Counted from the stretch's first letter, positions 24,021 to 36,239 are shown. The stretch: DNA of 64,000 bases from Octopus bimaculoides (GCF_001194135.2 NC_069002.1:17326390-17390389); one strand, 5' to 3'. A program made the numbers and translations. The notes: a model not told the origin generated them from the sequence alone.

Positions 24021-25594
24021 TCATCATCATCATCATCATCGTTTAACGTCCGCTTTCCATGCTAGCATGGGTTGGACGATTTGACTGAGGACTGGTGAAA
24101 CCGGATGGCAACACCAGGCTCCAGTCTGATTTGGCAGAGTTTCTACAGCTGGATGCCCTTCCTAACGCCAACCACTCAGAGAGTGTAGTGGGTGCTTTTA
24201 CGTGTCACCCGCACGAAAACGGCCACGCTCGAAATGGTGTCTTTTATGTGCCACCCGCACAAGCCAGTCCAGGGGCACTGGCAACGATCTCGCTCGAAAA
24301 TCCTACAGGAGCCAGTCAGGCGGTACTGGCAACGGCCACGCTCAAAATGGTGCATCTCATGTGCCACNNNNNNNNNNNNNNNNNNNNNNNNNNNNNNNNN
24401 NNNNNNNNNNNNNNNNNNNNNNNNNNNNNNNNNNNNNNNNNNNNNNNNNNNNNNNNNNNNNNNNNNNNNNNNNNNNNNNNNNNNNNNNNNNNNNNNNNNN
24501 NNNNNNNNNNNNNNNNNNNNNNNNNNNNNNNNNNNNNNNNNNNNNNNNNNNNNNNNNNNNNNNNNNNNNNNNNNNNNNNNNNNNNNNNNNNNNNNNNNNN
24601 NNNNNNNNNNNNNNNNNNNNNNNNNNNNNNNNNNNNNNNNNNNNNNNNNNNNNNNNNNNNNNNNNNNNNNNNNNNNNNNNNNNNNNNNNNNNNNNNNNNN
24701 NNNNNNNNNNNNNNNNNNNNNNNNNNNNNNNNNNNNNNNNNNNNNNNNNNNNNNNNNNNNNNNNNNNNNNNNNNNNNNNNNNNNNNNNNNNNNNNNNNNN
24801 NNNNNNNNNNNNNNNNNNNNNNNNNNNNNNNNNNNNNNNNNNNNNNNNNNNNNNNNNNNNNNNNNNNNNNNNNNNNNNNNNNNNNNNNNNNNNNNNNNNN
24901 NNNNNNNNNNNNNNNNNNNNNNNNNNNNNNNNNNNNNNNNNNNNNNNNNNNNNNNNNNNNNNNNNNNNNNNNNNNNNNNNNNNNNNNNNNNNNNNNNNNN
25001 NNNNNNNNNNNNNNNNNNNNNNNNNNNNNNNNNNNNNNNNNNNNNNNNNNNNNNNNNNNNNNNNNNNNNNNNNNNNNNNNNNNNNNNNNNNNNNNNNNNN
25101 NNNNNNNNNNNNNNNNNNNNNNNNNNNNNNNNNNNNNNNNNNNNNNNNNNNNNNNNNNNNNNNNNNNNNNNNNNNNNNNNNNNNNNNNNNNNNNNNNNNN
25201 NNNNNNNNNNNNNNNNACTGAGCAGGGCCATCTACCTGAAGGGGTTTGTGTTTTATCTACCTTCCTACTTATTAGGATTTTGGTTTTAGCTAGGTTGACT
25301 CTAAGGCCCTTCAATTCTAGACCTTGCTTCCACACCTGAAACTTCTCCTCTAGTTCTGATAGTGACTCCGCAATTAGGGCAAGGTCATCAGCATAGAGGA
25401 GCTCCCAGGGGCAACCTGTCTTGAACTCCTCTGTGATTGCCTGGAGGACTATGGTAAATAATAGGGGGCTGAGGACGGAACCTTGGTGGACCCCTACCTC
25501 TACCCGGAATTCATTGCTGTACTCATTTCCAACCCTCACCTTACTGGCCGCATCTCTGTACATGGCTCGCACAGCTCTCACTAGCCATTCTTCT
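24021..25594 (-). mobile_element. 5'-truncated RTE-clade LINE with (GAT)n tail; middle lies in an assembly gap
   Basis: RT motifs GVHQGSVLSPLLF and LLYADDLALIA; 3' UTR with CCATGCTAGCATGG palindrome and (TCA)n on the + strand. Confidence 0.92.
25217..25594 (-). pseudogene. Reverse transcriptase fragment of the RTE LINE (no stops in the visible part)
   Basis: EEWLVRAVRAMYRDAASKVRVGNEYS...QGSVLSPLLF...YADD...GLRVNLAKTK. Confidence 0.92.
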
Positions 25595-25960
25595 AAATGA
25601 TAAAGGGTTAAACTTTCTTCAATGATCATGTGATTCATCTTCTGCTGTAGAATTGCTTATCATGACAAGAGAGCTTCTACATGATCGCTCAACTTACTGG
25701 GTATTGTAACCACATTTCCTTCAAACGACACCCTACCTTATGCATGACAAAGAGCAACACATTCAGTAATAATGTTATTTGACACTATATCTTTAAAAAA
25801 ATGGATGAGATGGTCATAGCTGTAATTCTATTAAATGTAAAGTTGGCTTAACTAGGGCTAATATGGAGTTAAACAACTCCAGCATACACAATCAAATTTT
25901 CCTTTGAAATTTCCTGGAAATTTCAGCTTATGAATATTATCTGAATGTTTATCAATCGAT

Positions 25961-26147
25961 CAGTATTTTATTTATCGCATAGAAGTGAGATAAATAATCA
26001 ACTGTTTAATTTTTTTTCTTTATTCAGAATTAACTATCAAGGGGAATTGAAGACAGTATTTTATTTATCGCATAGAAGTGAGATAAATAATCAACTGTTT
26101 AATTTTTTTTTCTTTATTCAGAATTAACTGTCAAGGGGAATTGAAGA
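25961..26147. repeat. Near-perfect direct tandem duplication, 93-bp period
   Basis: cagtattttatttatcgcatag...ggggaattgaaga at 25961 and 26054. Confidence 0.9.
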
Positions 26148-26988
26148 GTAGTTATTCCTGTAGACCTCTGGGAAAGGGGTAAATTCATGATTTCTCAAAG
26201 GTCTTATTGACTTATGTGAATCAAAGAGATGAAACTACACCATGAACAAAATAGCTTTTCCCTCTTAGGCACTTAACACACATCTGCTTTCTTTCTTTTT
26301 TTTTTTTTTTTTTTTTTTGTTCATGTCAAGGATTAGTTTAGTTAATCTAATCGAAATGTCTGTATTAATCTTTAGTTCGGTCTCTATAATGGAAAGGGAA
26401 AAGCCATTAGACAAATGGTGTGATTTTATTTGATATTTTCCACACTTATTCCCAGACTACCGACATTTTTTTTTAACAGGAAACATTTCCAGTGTTTTTC
26501 TTTTTTATTTTTTTAAACTCTAAATCAATCCTGAAAGAGCAGATAGATCAATGATCAAACCCATTCCAACCTTGACCATCCTGTCTTTTATTATTCAGAC
26601 ATAGTGTACCTATTGCTACATTATTTATGTGGCCCACCTTTTTATGTGGTTTGGAAGTTTTAACTATTATTTCTAGAAGGTTAGCAACAGTGTATTGACT
26701 TCCAGATTTGTTCATCCCTCTCCTGTTGTTGGTAGCACAAGAAATTATCAAAACATTTGTAAGAGCTATTCCCTAAATTCCAATTAAAACATTCTTTTAA
26801 AATGTTAGCAAAACTGTCATTATTAAAGAAATTACTTCTAAGTATAGCCTTTACCTACAATTTAAAATAATTGGATTGGGTTGGATTGCCTGTGTTCAGT
26901 CTACAGCAGGATGAATACCTCAGCATGTTCTCACCAGCAACCATGCTTTAACTTGGAGGCTGTGAATTTCAGGTTTAGGCCCTACTGG

Positions 26989-27263
26989 CAGGGCTGGATT
27001 AAGACCCACCAAGGCCCTAAGCACTTAAAAGTTTCCTCCTACTTTTTTGAATTGCAAAGTCTTTGATCAGATCCTCAAAATTTATCTTGAGTAACACATC
27101 TGCATCTATACTAAGTAGAGATCAAGGCATCCTGAATATTAATTTAGTAAATTTAAAGTGATTTCTTTTGTGCCATAAACCATTTACCATTTCTCTGGTG
27201 CCTTCTCCTTCCCTTGATGCCCTGAGCACGTGCTCATTTTGCTTAATGGTTATTCCAGTGCTG
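26989..27263. mobile_element. hAT-type MITE (275 bp)
   Basis: Left CAGGGCTGGATTAA, right reverse complement CAGCACTGGAATAA; 8-bp flanks CCTACTGG and TATACTGG (6/8 match). Confidence 0.7.
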
Positions 27264-27859
27264 TATACTGGTTTGATGAGCCTACGTAGTCAAACTGGCT
27301 CAACATGGCTTGGCAGATGAATGCAGTTTTTATACTCATACTCAGGTGTAGTTAAGTCGATTACTTCAACCCCAGTGTTCAACTGGTGCTTATTTTATCA
27401 ACCTTGAAAGGATGAAAGACAAAGTTGGCCTCAGTGGAATTTGAACTTAGAACTTAAGAACAGACAAAATACCACTAAACATTTTACCCAGCATGCTAAC
27501 AATTCTGCCAGCTCACCTTATTATTGAAATAATGTATTCTAATTATCTGACTGTTAACATACATTTATTGGTTGGGTAGCAAAATTGTAAATAATAGTCT
27601 TGGCAGAATCAGTTAATTACTTGGAAATTGGTTAGGAAATTTCTGGATAGTCATTTGGTTCTGCTTAAAGGTTTTGGGTTACTAAATAATGAAGATGAAA
27701 GAAACATCGCTAGAATCCTCAGGAAGTTATGGAACTGGATCTTAACCAACATACCAAGCATGTTATTATCTGTGTGTCTGGAAGCTGGACTTGCAGCTGA
27801 TGTGTGATTGGTTTTTCCATTGGCAGTATGTATGGTAAAAAGAGGACTGGCTTGTCAAA

Positions 27860-28385
27860 CAGTGGCAATATCTAAAGAAAAGACACTAGAAAGAACAAAG
27901 AACAAATGTGGCAATAGGTAAAATGGTCTGATTGGGCAATGGGCAGACAGAACTGAATGGGAAATGGTAGCAATTCACAGACAGAACTGACTTAGCTAAT
28001 GAAACTGAATGGGTAAACAGGTTAGTAGGCAAACAAAACTGATTAGTTAAACACGGTTAATATGCTCTTGTAACTGACTGGGCAATCAGTAATAATTGGT
28101 TAAGAGAACCGACTGGGAAGAAAGGGATAATATTTAACAGAATCAACTGGACAATGATAGTAAGTTAACAGAACTGACTGGACAAATAGTGACGATAGGT
28201 AAATATAATTTACAGGGCAAACTGGCATAGATGCAAAAGTCAATAGGTAAATATAACTCAATGGTAAAACATTGTCAATAGGCAAAGTGAACTCAGTGGG
28301 AAAACAGAGTCAATAAGCAAACATAACTCAGTCAAAAAGTGGTGACAATGAATGAATAGAACTGACTGGGAAAACAGTTACTATC
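27860..28385. repeat. Degenerate ~35-bp minisatellite
   Basis: Units such as caataggtaaatataactcaatggtaaaacattgt, caataggcaaagtgaactcagtgggaaaacagagt; recurring agaactgactggg core. Confidence 0.7.
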
Positions 28386-28942
28386 AATAAGGGATTATCC
28401 TGTAGTGATTAAAAGGAACACAGGGCAAGTAATATAGTACAATATTTAAAAATTTCTCAAGGGTTATTTGTTATTCAAGAAAGTGAAGTGGGTTAAGCCA
28501 CAAGCTGGGGTAATATAACAACATTAAAGAAGTTGCCAAACAAGTCTTTAACAGTTTCTTGTTATACAGGTCAATTTATATTCTCTTTGTTGTAGTTAAT
28601 GAAGATAATGCTGCACACTGACCTATGCTAGACAGACAAACTGTATGGACAAATGGTTTCTTGTAAGGTGTGTGTATGTGTATGTATATAAATCTATGTG
28701 TGTGTGTGTGTGCAAACTTATGTATATATAAGTGAATACATCATATTAATATGTGTGTATGCATGATTATGTGTTTGTGTGTGTGTATGTACATATGTAT
28801 CCATGTGTGTATATGCAAACATCCATTTATTAGATTTGAGAGAGAGAGGGAGAGCCCAGTGCCATCATAGAGCGTAATTAGTGTAATTGAGTGACATAAA
28901 AAATATATATCTAAACATGTATACTGCCCAAAATCAATATGG

Positions 28943-28990
<48 letters not shown>

Positions 28991-29614
28991 TGCTTATACA
29001 TATTGCACTTTTTACAGTGTTTCTGTTGTGTTTGAAGGCCAACATAAAATATTTGTACCTGAGTGACACAAAACAAATGCTTCTCATTAGAAGACGATTT
29101 TGACATGCTCAAACATGCCTTGTTGTTGATGATGATGATGTAGCATTAGAGGAGAGATGAACACACACGCATACACACATCGAGTTGATAGTGGATGAGT
29201 TATTTCACTCAAGAGCAAAAGTGTTGGGTTCAATTTCACATAGGAATTGAAATTTCATTTATATCTAAAAGAGAAAATGTTACTGATAAACTTCAAATAA
29301 CCAAATTTCCTTCAAATTAAACATTTTCTTCAAATAGATGAGATGGTCGAAGCTGGAATTCCTTTAAGTATAAGGTTGGCTTAATTAGGGCTGAAATAAG
29401 CTTAAAAAGACATTTTCAAATATTTTGTGCTGGAGAGTCACAGATGGTCAAAATATCAGCAGAGACATTACTGTCAGGGTATCATCCGTGATCCACAGAT
29501 GGTCAAAGTACCCTCTTTAAGTCACAGATAGTAAGCTATCATTCAAGAGAGTCACAAATGGTTAATATCCTATTAAGTCCCAAAATGTTAATATAATAAC
29601 CTAAGAGTAAAGGG

Positions 29615-29830
29615 AGTGAGCTGGCAGAATCATTAGCATGCCAGGCAAAATGCTTAGCGGCATTTCATTTCTATTTACAATCTGAGTTCAAATTCCACCA
29701 GAGTCAATTTTTCTTTTCATCCTTTTAGGAGTGATAAAATAAGTACCAGTTGAACACTGGAGTCGATGTAATCGACTTACTCTCTCTCCCAAACTTGCTG
29801 GTCTTGTGCCAAAATTTGAAATCACTATAA
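29615..29830 (+). mobile_element. SINE family B
   Basis: gagctggcagaatcattagcatgccaggcaaaatgcttagcggc...gtgccaaaatttgaa. Confidence 0.85.
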
Positions 29831-29869
29831 TAATTCTATAGTGAGTCACAAATAATTAATATCCTATAG

Positions 29870-30480
29870 GGATATATGGTCAAGGTGTGAGCATAGTCAT
29901 GAATGATCATGGTATCAGTGCAGAGAAACAGATATGGTCAAGGTATCAGAATGCTGGCCCAAAAGAGTGTGAGGTCATATCCTGCTATTTGAACTTCAGC
30001 CAAGACACTGAAACTCTTGTTGGTCCATCTGGTTGTAGGACACCATATAACTGCAGGAAAATAGCCTGCTTGTGGTTGTTGTTATTTAAACCCAATTCAG
30101 CTCTGATTGAGCACAAAAATATCATCAGTGATGTTGAAGCTGTGATCTTCATGCCTTTATTTAAGGTATAAACTGGCACTCCATCAGTTACAACGAGAAA
30201 GGTTCCAGTTGATTCGATCAATGGAACAGCCTGCTCATGAAATTAACGTGCAAGTGGCTGAGCGTTCCATAGATATGTGTATCCTTAACATAGTTCTAGG
30301 GAGGTTCAGCATGACTCAGAAAGTGACAAGGCCAGCCCTTTGAAATACAGGTACTACTCATTTTTGGCAGTGAGAAATAAAGTGCCTTGCCTAAGGACAC
30401 AATGTGTCCTTGGGCAAGACACTTTGAACTCATTACTTTATGATTGTAAGCTGAATACCCTAACCACTAAGCAACCCACC
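29870..30480 (-). mobile_element. Long family-C-type SINE variant
   Basis: Ends ...gaactcattactttatgattgtaagctgaataccctaaccactaagc; internal ccctttgaaatacaggtac also seen reversed at 36720-36900. Confidence 0.55.
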
Positions 30481-31469
30481 TTTACTATTTAAGGTGTAAT
30501 ATAGTCAAAACTATATTATTCTTAATATCTATAATACCCAATCCTCACCCCGGTCTTTATTTTAAGATGGTAAGGTGTGATGTAAGAGAGATTTCATTGC
30601 TATTTCCAGCAAGATAGTTCACTGGTAGTTGCAGAATAAACACTGTGTTACTGACAGGTTTTTTTTCTGATTACTTATTACCAAAAAGATTACCCTCAAG
30701 TATTTGTGATGCTGTGGTATTCACACCATCCCATGGATTAGAAATGTTTCTTAACACTTAAAGCTAGCAGGGTTAAGCTTCAGTATTTTGTGGTGACTTT
30801 CAGAAAAAAAGTTAAGGATATCTTTGCTTTGCCTTGAGTCATCAATCCCTTAATGGATTTGTAGGGACACTATTGGAACATACAGTGTGCTCTTGACATT
30901 TCCAGACCTTGCAAAGGCTCAACTCTCTCTAGCTGTGACTTAGCCAACTTCTTCCAAAAATAAAGAAAGAGAAGAATTGGCTCAGCACAGGATTGGTACT
31001 TTATTGATTGACCCCGAAAGGTTGAAAGGTAAAGTTGACCTTTATGGGATTTGAATCCAGGCAGAATAATTACTGCAAAGCAATCTATTCAATCCTCTTA
31101 TACTTCTCTCTGTTGGCCATCTTATTTATCAAATTAAATCTTGTACTATGTATACAATGCTAAAAGCAATGTGCTGAGAGAATCATTCGTATGCCAGGCA
31201 AAAGCTTTGCAACATTTTGTCTGTCTTCATGTTCTGAGTTCAAATTCTGCCAAGTTCAACTTTGCCTTTCATCCTTTTGGGGTCAATAAAATAACTACCA
31301 GTTGAGCATTAGGGGTGATGTAATCAACTTACACCCACCCCTGAGATTACTGGCCTTGTGACAAAATTTGGAAGCAATGCTATGTTTTATTTTTACATGA
31401 AAGTTAATGTCACAGAAGTGCTCAGTACATTGAGGTAGAGCTAATTAAAAATATGTGAACAGTTAAAAT

Positions 31470-31560
31470 AGCTAGGCTCTGATGAAGCTATAAGATGTTA
31501 CTCAGGCACTCAACTATAAATCCATCACATCTTATCACAGAAACAGCTGTATGCTAATAA
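31470..31560 (+). ncRNA. Degenerate hammerhead-like motif with extended stem II
   Basis: CTGATGA 31479-85; ATAAGATG/CATCTTAT stem; GAAAC-AGCT-GTA 31540-51 (palindromic stem III, GUA triplet). Stem I and the base of stem II pair poorly. Confidence 0.4.
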
Positions 31561-32084
31561 AATCCATAAGATAATCGTTTACTTACTTTTCTTATAATGC
31601 ACAGATATTAAAATAAATATCCATAAGAGACTAAGTCTGTTTTTGTATTCACTTTCATAAATGATGTAATTTACATTCTTTTATCTTTCACTTGTTTCAA
31701 TCATTGGATATGCTGGGACACCACCTCTACAATTATGCCTTCACTTAATTCCTTTTTCTAAGATTAAGATCTGTGTTTTATTTACTTGTTTTTTATGTTG
31801 ATCTGTTATGTATTTAATAAGTTGTAGAGTTGTTGGTGCCAGAATCAATAAGATGCTGGTTTATTCAGGTGAGGCATTAATGGCTCTTATCCAAGCCTAT
31901 GATGTAGCCATGCCCCTTTCCCCACTTTTGTGATATAAATATATTCTAAACTCTAAGAGTCTTTTAAAAGGCTGGTGCTTAGTTGCAGTTTGAATGCTAT
32001 TAAAAAAAGAAGAAAAAAACAGGTAGATGTAAGGTGCACTTCACTCTGGGATAGGACACCAGTGTAAGGACTGGGTGAATTACC

Positions 32085-32150
32085 CAATGACAAATGACAT
32101 CACCCAGTCCTTCTTTTCTAAACCATCAAGCCTCTGGAATACTCTCCTTG
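32085..32150 (+). pseudogene. CR1/L2-type LINE ORF2 C-terminal remnant
   Basis: Reads TNDITQSFFSKPSSLWNTL, resembling the SFFPRTxxLWNSLP motif. Confidence 0.4.
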
Positions 32151-32480
32151 TCCTCTTTTTAAATTTTTTTTTCATTTACTTATTTAATAGCAACCACCAC
32201 TTATAGCTATTCAAATGAAACATTAACAAAATTGATCTATAACCACGAACAAGGCTGCATGGTCGAGAAGTTTGTTTCCTAACCACATGGTCAAGATTGG
32301 AAGGCAAACTTCTTAAACATGCAGCCATAGTAGAAGGCACCTGGCCAGGAATCCACTACGTGGCAACTTTTCCCAGTGACTTCTACTAAATCCCTCTGAG
32401 TTGACTAACACCTTGTGAGTAGACAGAAAATGAAAGCAACCTGTGTGTGTATGTGTTTCTGTCTCCTCTTGACATCACAA

Positions 32481-32516
<36 letters not shown>

Positions 32517-33021
32517 TTGTAAAGAAAAAATTCTAATTATTCCATAGTCTTTGATAGCCAGTTGAATTGAAGTAATGTAAAATGTGCTGCTTAAACTTAA
32601 TACAATGAAATAACTACTGCTGCAGTGGATTTGAAATCAAGATCTTTGGACTGGTAGTGGAGTACTGTAACCATTTGGCTGTTTCCTTTCTGTAATCTAT
32701 ACTATAATGGAGAAAGCTGCTTATCAATTAGTTATGTAACAATTACTAAAAGCAGTATTAAAAGCTTGACTGTCTGGAAATATTTTTATAAATTCATGTT
32801 CTAAGAAATTGCCTATAATTTCGATTTCTGAAGTTTATTGAATTTTCTTAACTCCAAATTCTCGCAAATTTAAATATTCATTGCATTCACTGTGGAGTAG
32901 ATTTTAATGTTTACTAATAAACAATATTAATTCGTTGCAGGCAACATTTTACGTTTTTATTTGCAACATTCTCTCATTCTTGCTCACCTCTGTTTTCATT
33001 AATAATAATTTAATAATAGTT

Positions 33022-33548
33022 ATATAACTTTGATATGAGACACAATTTCAAGAATATTATCAGTTTTCGGAGTTTGTTAAATGAATATTTTTGATAAAAT
33101 GAAAATTCTTTAATATACCGGTATGATTTTAATTTTTGTTTTGTTTTTAAATGAAGGGATTTTGTTAGTATGGCTACTTGAAATGCTATAAGCCTTACAA
33201 TAATAGCTATGCGATCGCTGCTATTTCTAGCATGCTAAACAAGATAGTTTTAACAAGCTTTCACTTATACAATTTTTTTCATTTCATGTTTACACAAAAT
33301 AGCCATATAACTTTGATATGAGACACAATTTTAAGAATATTATCAGTTTCCAGAGTTGGTTAAATGAATATTTTTGATAAGATGAAAATTCTTTAATATA
33401 CCAGTATAATTTTTGTTTTTTTAAATGAAGAAGTGATTTTGTTGGTATGGCTACTTGGAATGCTATAGGCTTTACAATAATAACTATGTGATAGCTGCTA
33501 TTTCTAGCACGCTAAACAAGATAGTTTTTAATGAGCTTTCATTTATAT
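33022..33548 (+). repeat. Diverged tandem duplication (~283-bp period) inside the Helitron 5' region
   Basis: atataactttgatatgagacacaattt... at 33022 and 33305. Confidence 0.85.
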
Positions 33549-33569
33549 ATAATATATGACTGAAAAAGA

Positions 33570-34663
33570 AAATTTAGCAGCAAAGGTACAACAGCAGAGA
33601 GAAATATGGCTCACTGAATTAGATGAAACCAGGGCAAAGCGACTGAAATAAATGCCTGAATATGCACATAAGCGTAGACATGATTCTGTTTCTGCTACAC
33701 ATGACCGATTGGTTAGGGTATCTCGAGGGGAGAATATTCTACTTCAAAATAATGGTGTCAGATCACAATTTGTTGATGCAACACTTAAAGAGATCTTTTC
33801 TTTGTGATCATGTGGAAGTAGTGGAGTTGACAACCAATCTAAAACTTCTTACAGAAGGTCATTCTGATGAAAGAGAGTTTGTTAATTACTTTCTTGATGT
33901 AGGAAATGGTAACATTTCTGTTGAACAAAGCCGAGGGGAATTCAACATCAAACTACTCAATGACCTTTGCCTTGAAAGTGGTACTCTTTCAGATCTATGT
34001 GATTTTGTATATGCTGACAAAAATAACTTCACAAACCCTGTGTGGCTTGCAAATAGAACCATTGTTACTCCAACAAATGAAGCAGCACAATTTGTGAATG
34101 ATTTTTCTGTTGACCAGGATCCCTGGTGAGCTAAAAATATACGAAAGCTCAGATACAGTTGATAATGAAACTCTGTACCCAACCGAGTTCATCAACAAAC
34201 ACCATCAGGGTTTCCACCACACATTCTCAACCTGAAGAAAAACGGCTGCATAATGCTTCTGAGAAATTCAGAGGCTATTAATGGACATTGCAATGGCACA
34301 CACTACATCGTTGTCAGTTTACATGATCATGTTATTGAGGCTGAGGTTGCTTCTGGTCCTTATGCAGGATCAACTCTGCTAATCCCAAAACTACGACATG
34401 TATCTCAAGAAATGGAATTTCCATTTACATTTACACGCAAACAATTTCCTGTCAAGCCAGCTTTTGCCTTGACGGGCAACAAGGCACAGGGACAGACTTT
34501 TGAACAAATTGGAATATCTCTTCCAACACAATTCTTCTCAAATGGTCAGCTCTATGTTGCATTAACTAGAGTTCGAAAGACGGCTAATCTAAAAATATTG
34601 GCTGAGAGAAGTAGAAACAGTATGATTACTGACAATTGTCTCTACAAGGAGATACTACTTTAA
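33570..34663 (+). pseudogene. Helitron RepHel remnant: short N-terminal piece joined to the PIF1-like helicase C-terminal half, with frameshifts and stops
   Basis: ...LTTNLKLL...DVGNG; MLLRN...GHCNGT...RKQFPVKPAFALTGNKAQGQT...FSNGQLYVALTRV...NCLYKEIL. Confidence 0.9.
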
Positions 34664-35435
34664 AGCAAAATATGCTTTTTAGCAAGTTTCAGTTAATAGA
34701 ATTAACTCATAAATTATATTAAAGTAACATGTATTTGTGTGGAATTGAATTACTTTGGCATATTTCAACACTTGCCAAATGAATGATATCATTATATTAG
34801 ATCATTTTAAATTTGGGTATATTTGAAAAAGTAAGGAAGCATCATTCCCATGAGTTCTTACAGCACCAGACTTTTGTGTGTGTGAGTGTGTGACTATCGC
34901 TCCCTCCCTCCACCTATCCATCTATCTATCTATCTATGCACATCTATGTAAGTTCTACCAATTATTGATGATAAATATATATAACAGATTGACTCTTTAA
35001 AAAAAAGAGATTATGACTGATAAAATAACAAAAGCATTATTTACTAAGCAATTGAGCACTATTATACAAAGAAATAATTAGACATAAAATATCATAAAAA
35101 TTATTAGAATTGTGTATCAAATGTGGAAATATTATTGAGTGGCCAGCAGAAAACTGCCCGGAGGGCGGTCTTTCTGCTAGTATATTTAAAGCATGTTTAC
35201 TCAATCCACTCGGGGTTCAATGCAATCTATTAACCAAATTCCCCTAAAATTGCTGTGCTTGTACCAGAATTTTATTATATTGAGTGAGTTCAAATCCAGC
35301 GAAGGTCAACTTTACCGTTTATCCTTCCAAGGGTCAATAATAAAAAAAGAAAGGTACCAATTAAGTACTGAGGTTGATGGTATTGAATACTCCTCCTTCC
35401 TTCAAAATTACTGGCTTTGTCCCTCAATTTGAAGC

Positions 35436-35484
<49 letters not shown>

Positions 35485-35488
<4 letters not shown>

Positions 35489-35700
35489 CAGCAAGCTGGC
35501 AGAATCATTAGCATGCTGGGCAAAATACTTAGCGGCATTTTGTCTGTCTTTACTTTCTGAGTTCAAATTCCACCGAGGTTGACTTTGTCTTTCATCCTTT
35601 CGAGGATCACATCAACTGGGAGTTGATGTGATCGACTAGTCCTCTCCCCACAAAATTCTAGGCCTTGTGCCTATAGTAGAAAAGATTATTATTATTGAGT
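35485..35700 (+). mobile_element. SINE family B between (ATT)n tracts
   Basis: Typical head, gagttcaaattcc, tail ggccttgtgcctatagtagaaaagattatt. Confidence 0.85.
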
Positions 35701-36005
35701 GAGAGAGCAGTGCATGCCATCAAAGTGACACTGGAGTAAAATATATGAAACCTAGTATACCCATCATGACTACCTGTCTATTAAGGGTACCCCAGGCACA
35801 TGCATCACAACCATATCAAGATAAACAGGGCCCGGTTAGAATTTTCCTCATGTTGAGTAGCCCATCCTGCTCAAAATAGTGCCTTATATTAATTGGTAAA
35901 AATTACGGAGTGATTTAGGAACAGAAATTTCAAGAATACTCAAGTGCTATGCACAAAATTTTTAACACTTATCACACTTAAATAATACTATATACATAAT
36001 TATAC

Positions 36006-36083
<78 letters not shown>

Positions 36084-36194
36084 TTATGTATATATATATA
36101 TTTCAATAATAATAAAAAGGTAAAATTAATTAATTAATAATCTAACCCCTGATTATAATTATGTTTATAATTATAGAATATATATCTATATCTA

Positions 36195-36239
<45 letters not shown>

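Larger units (their letters stand above)
23593..25611. mobile_element. Outer piggyBac-type MITE, interrupted by a second MITE copy and an RTE LINE
   Basis: TTAACCCATTAGCAT (23593-23607), body resumes 23834-24020, terminal AATGATAAAGGGTTAA at 25596-25611. Confidence 0.75.
32696..35180 (+). mobile_element. Internally deleted Helitron with both termini (2485 bp)
   Basis: A|TCTATACTATA 5' end; ACTGCCC-gga-GGGCGGT hairpin at 35153-69, 11 nt before CTAG|T; PIF1 helicase remnant inside. Confidence 0.88.

Noticed and set aside
27860-28385. Possible CRISPR-like repeat-spacer array
   Set aside because: Eukaryotic context, repeats are degenerate, spacers are related to each other, and no cas genes.
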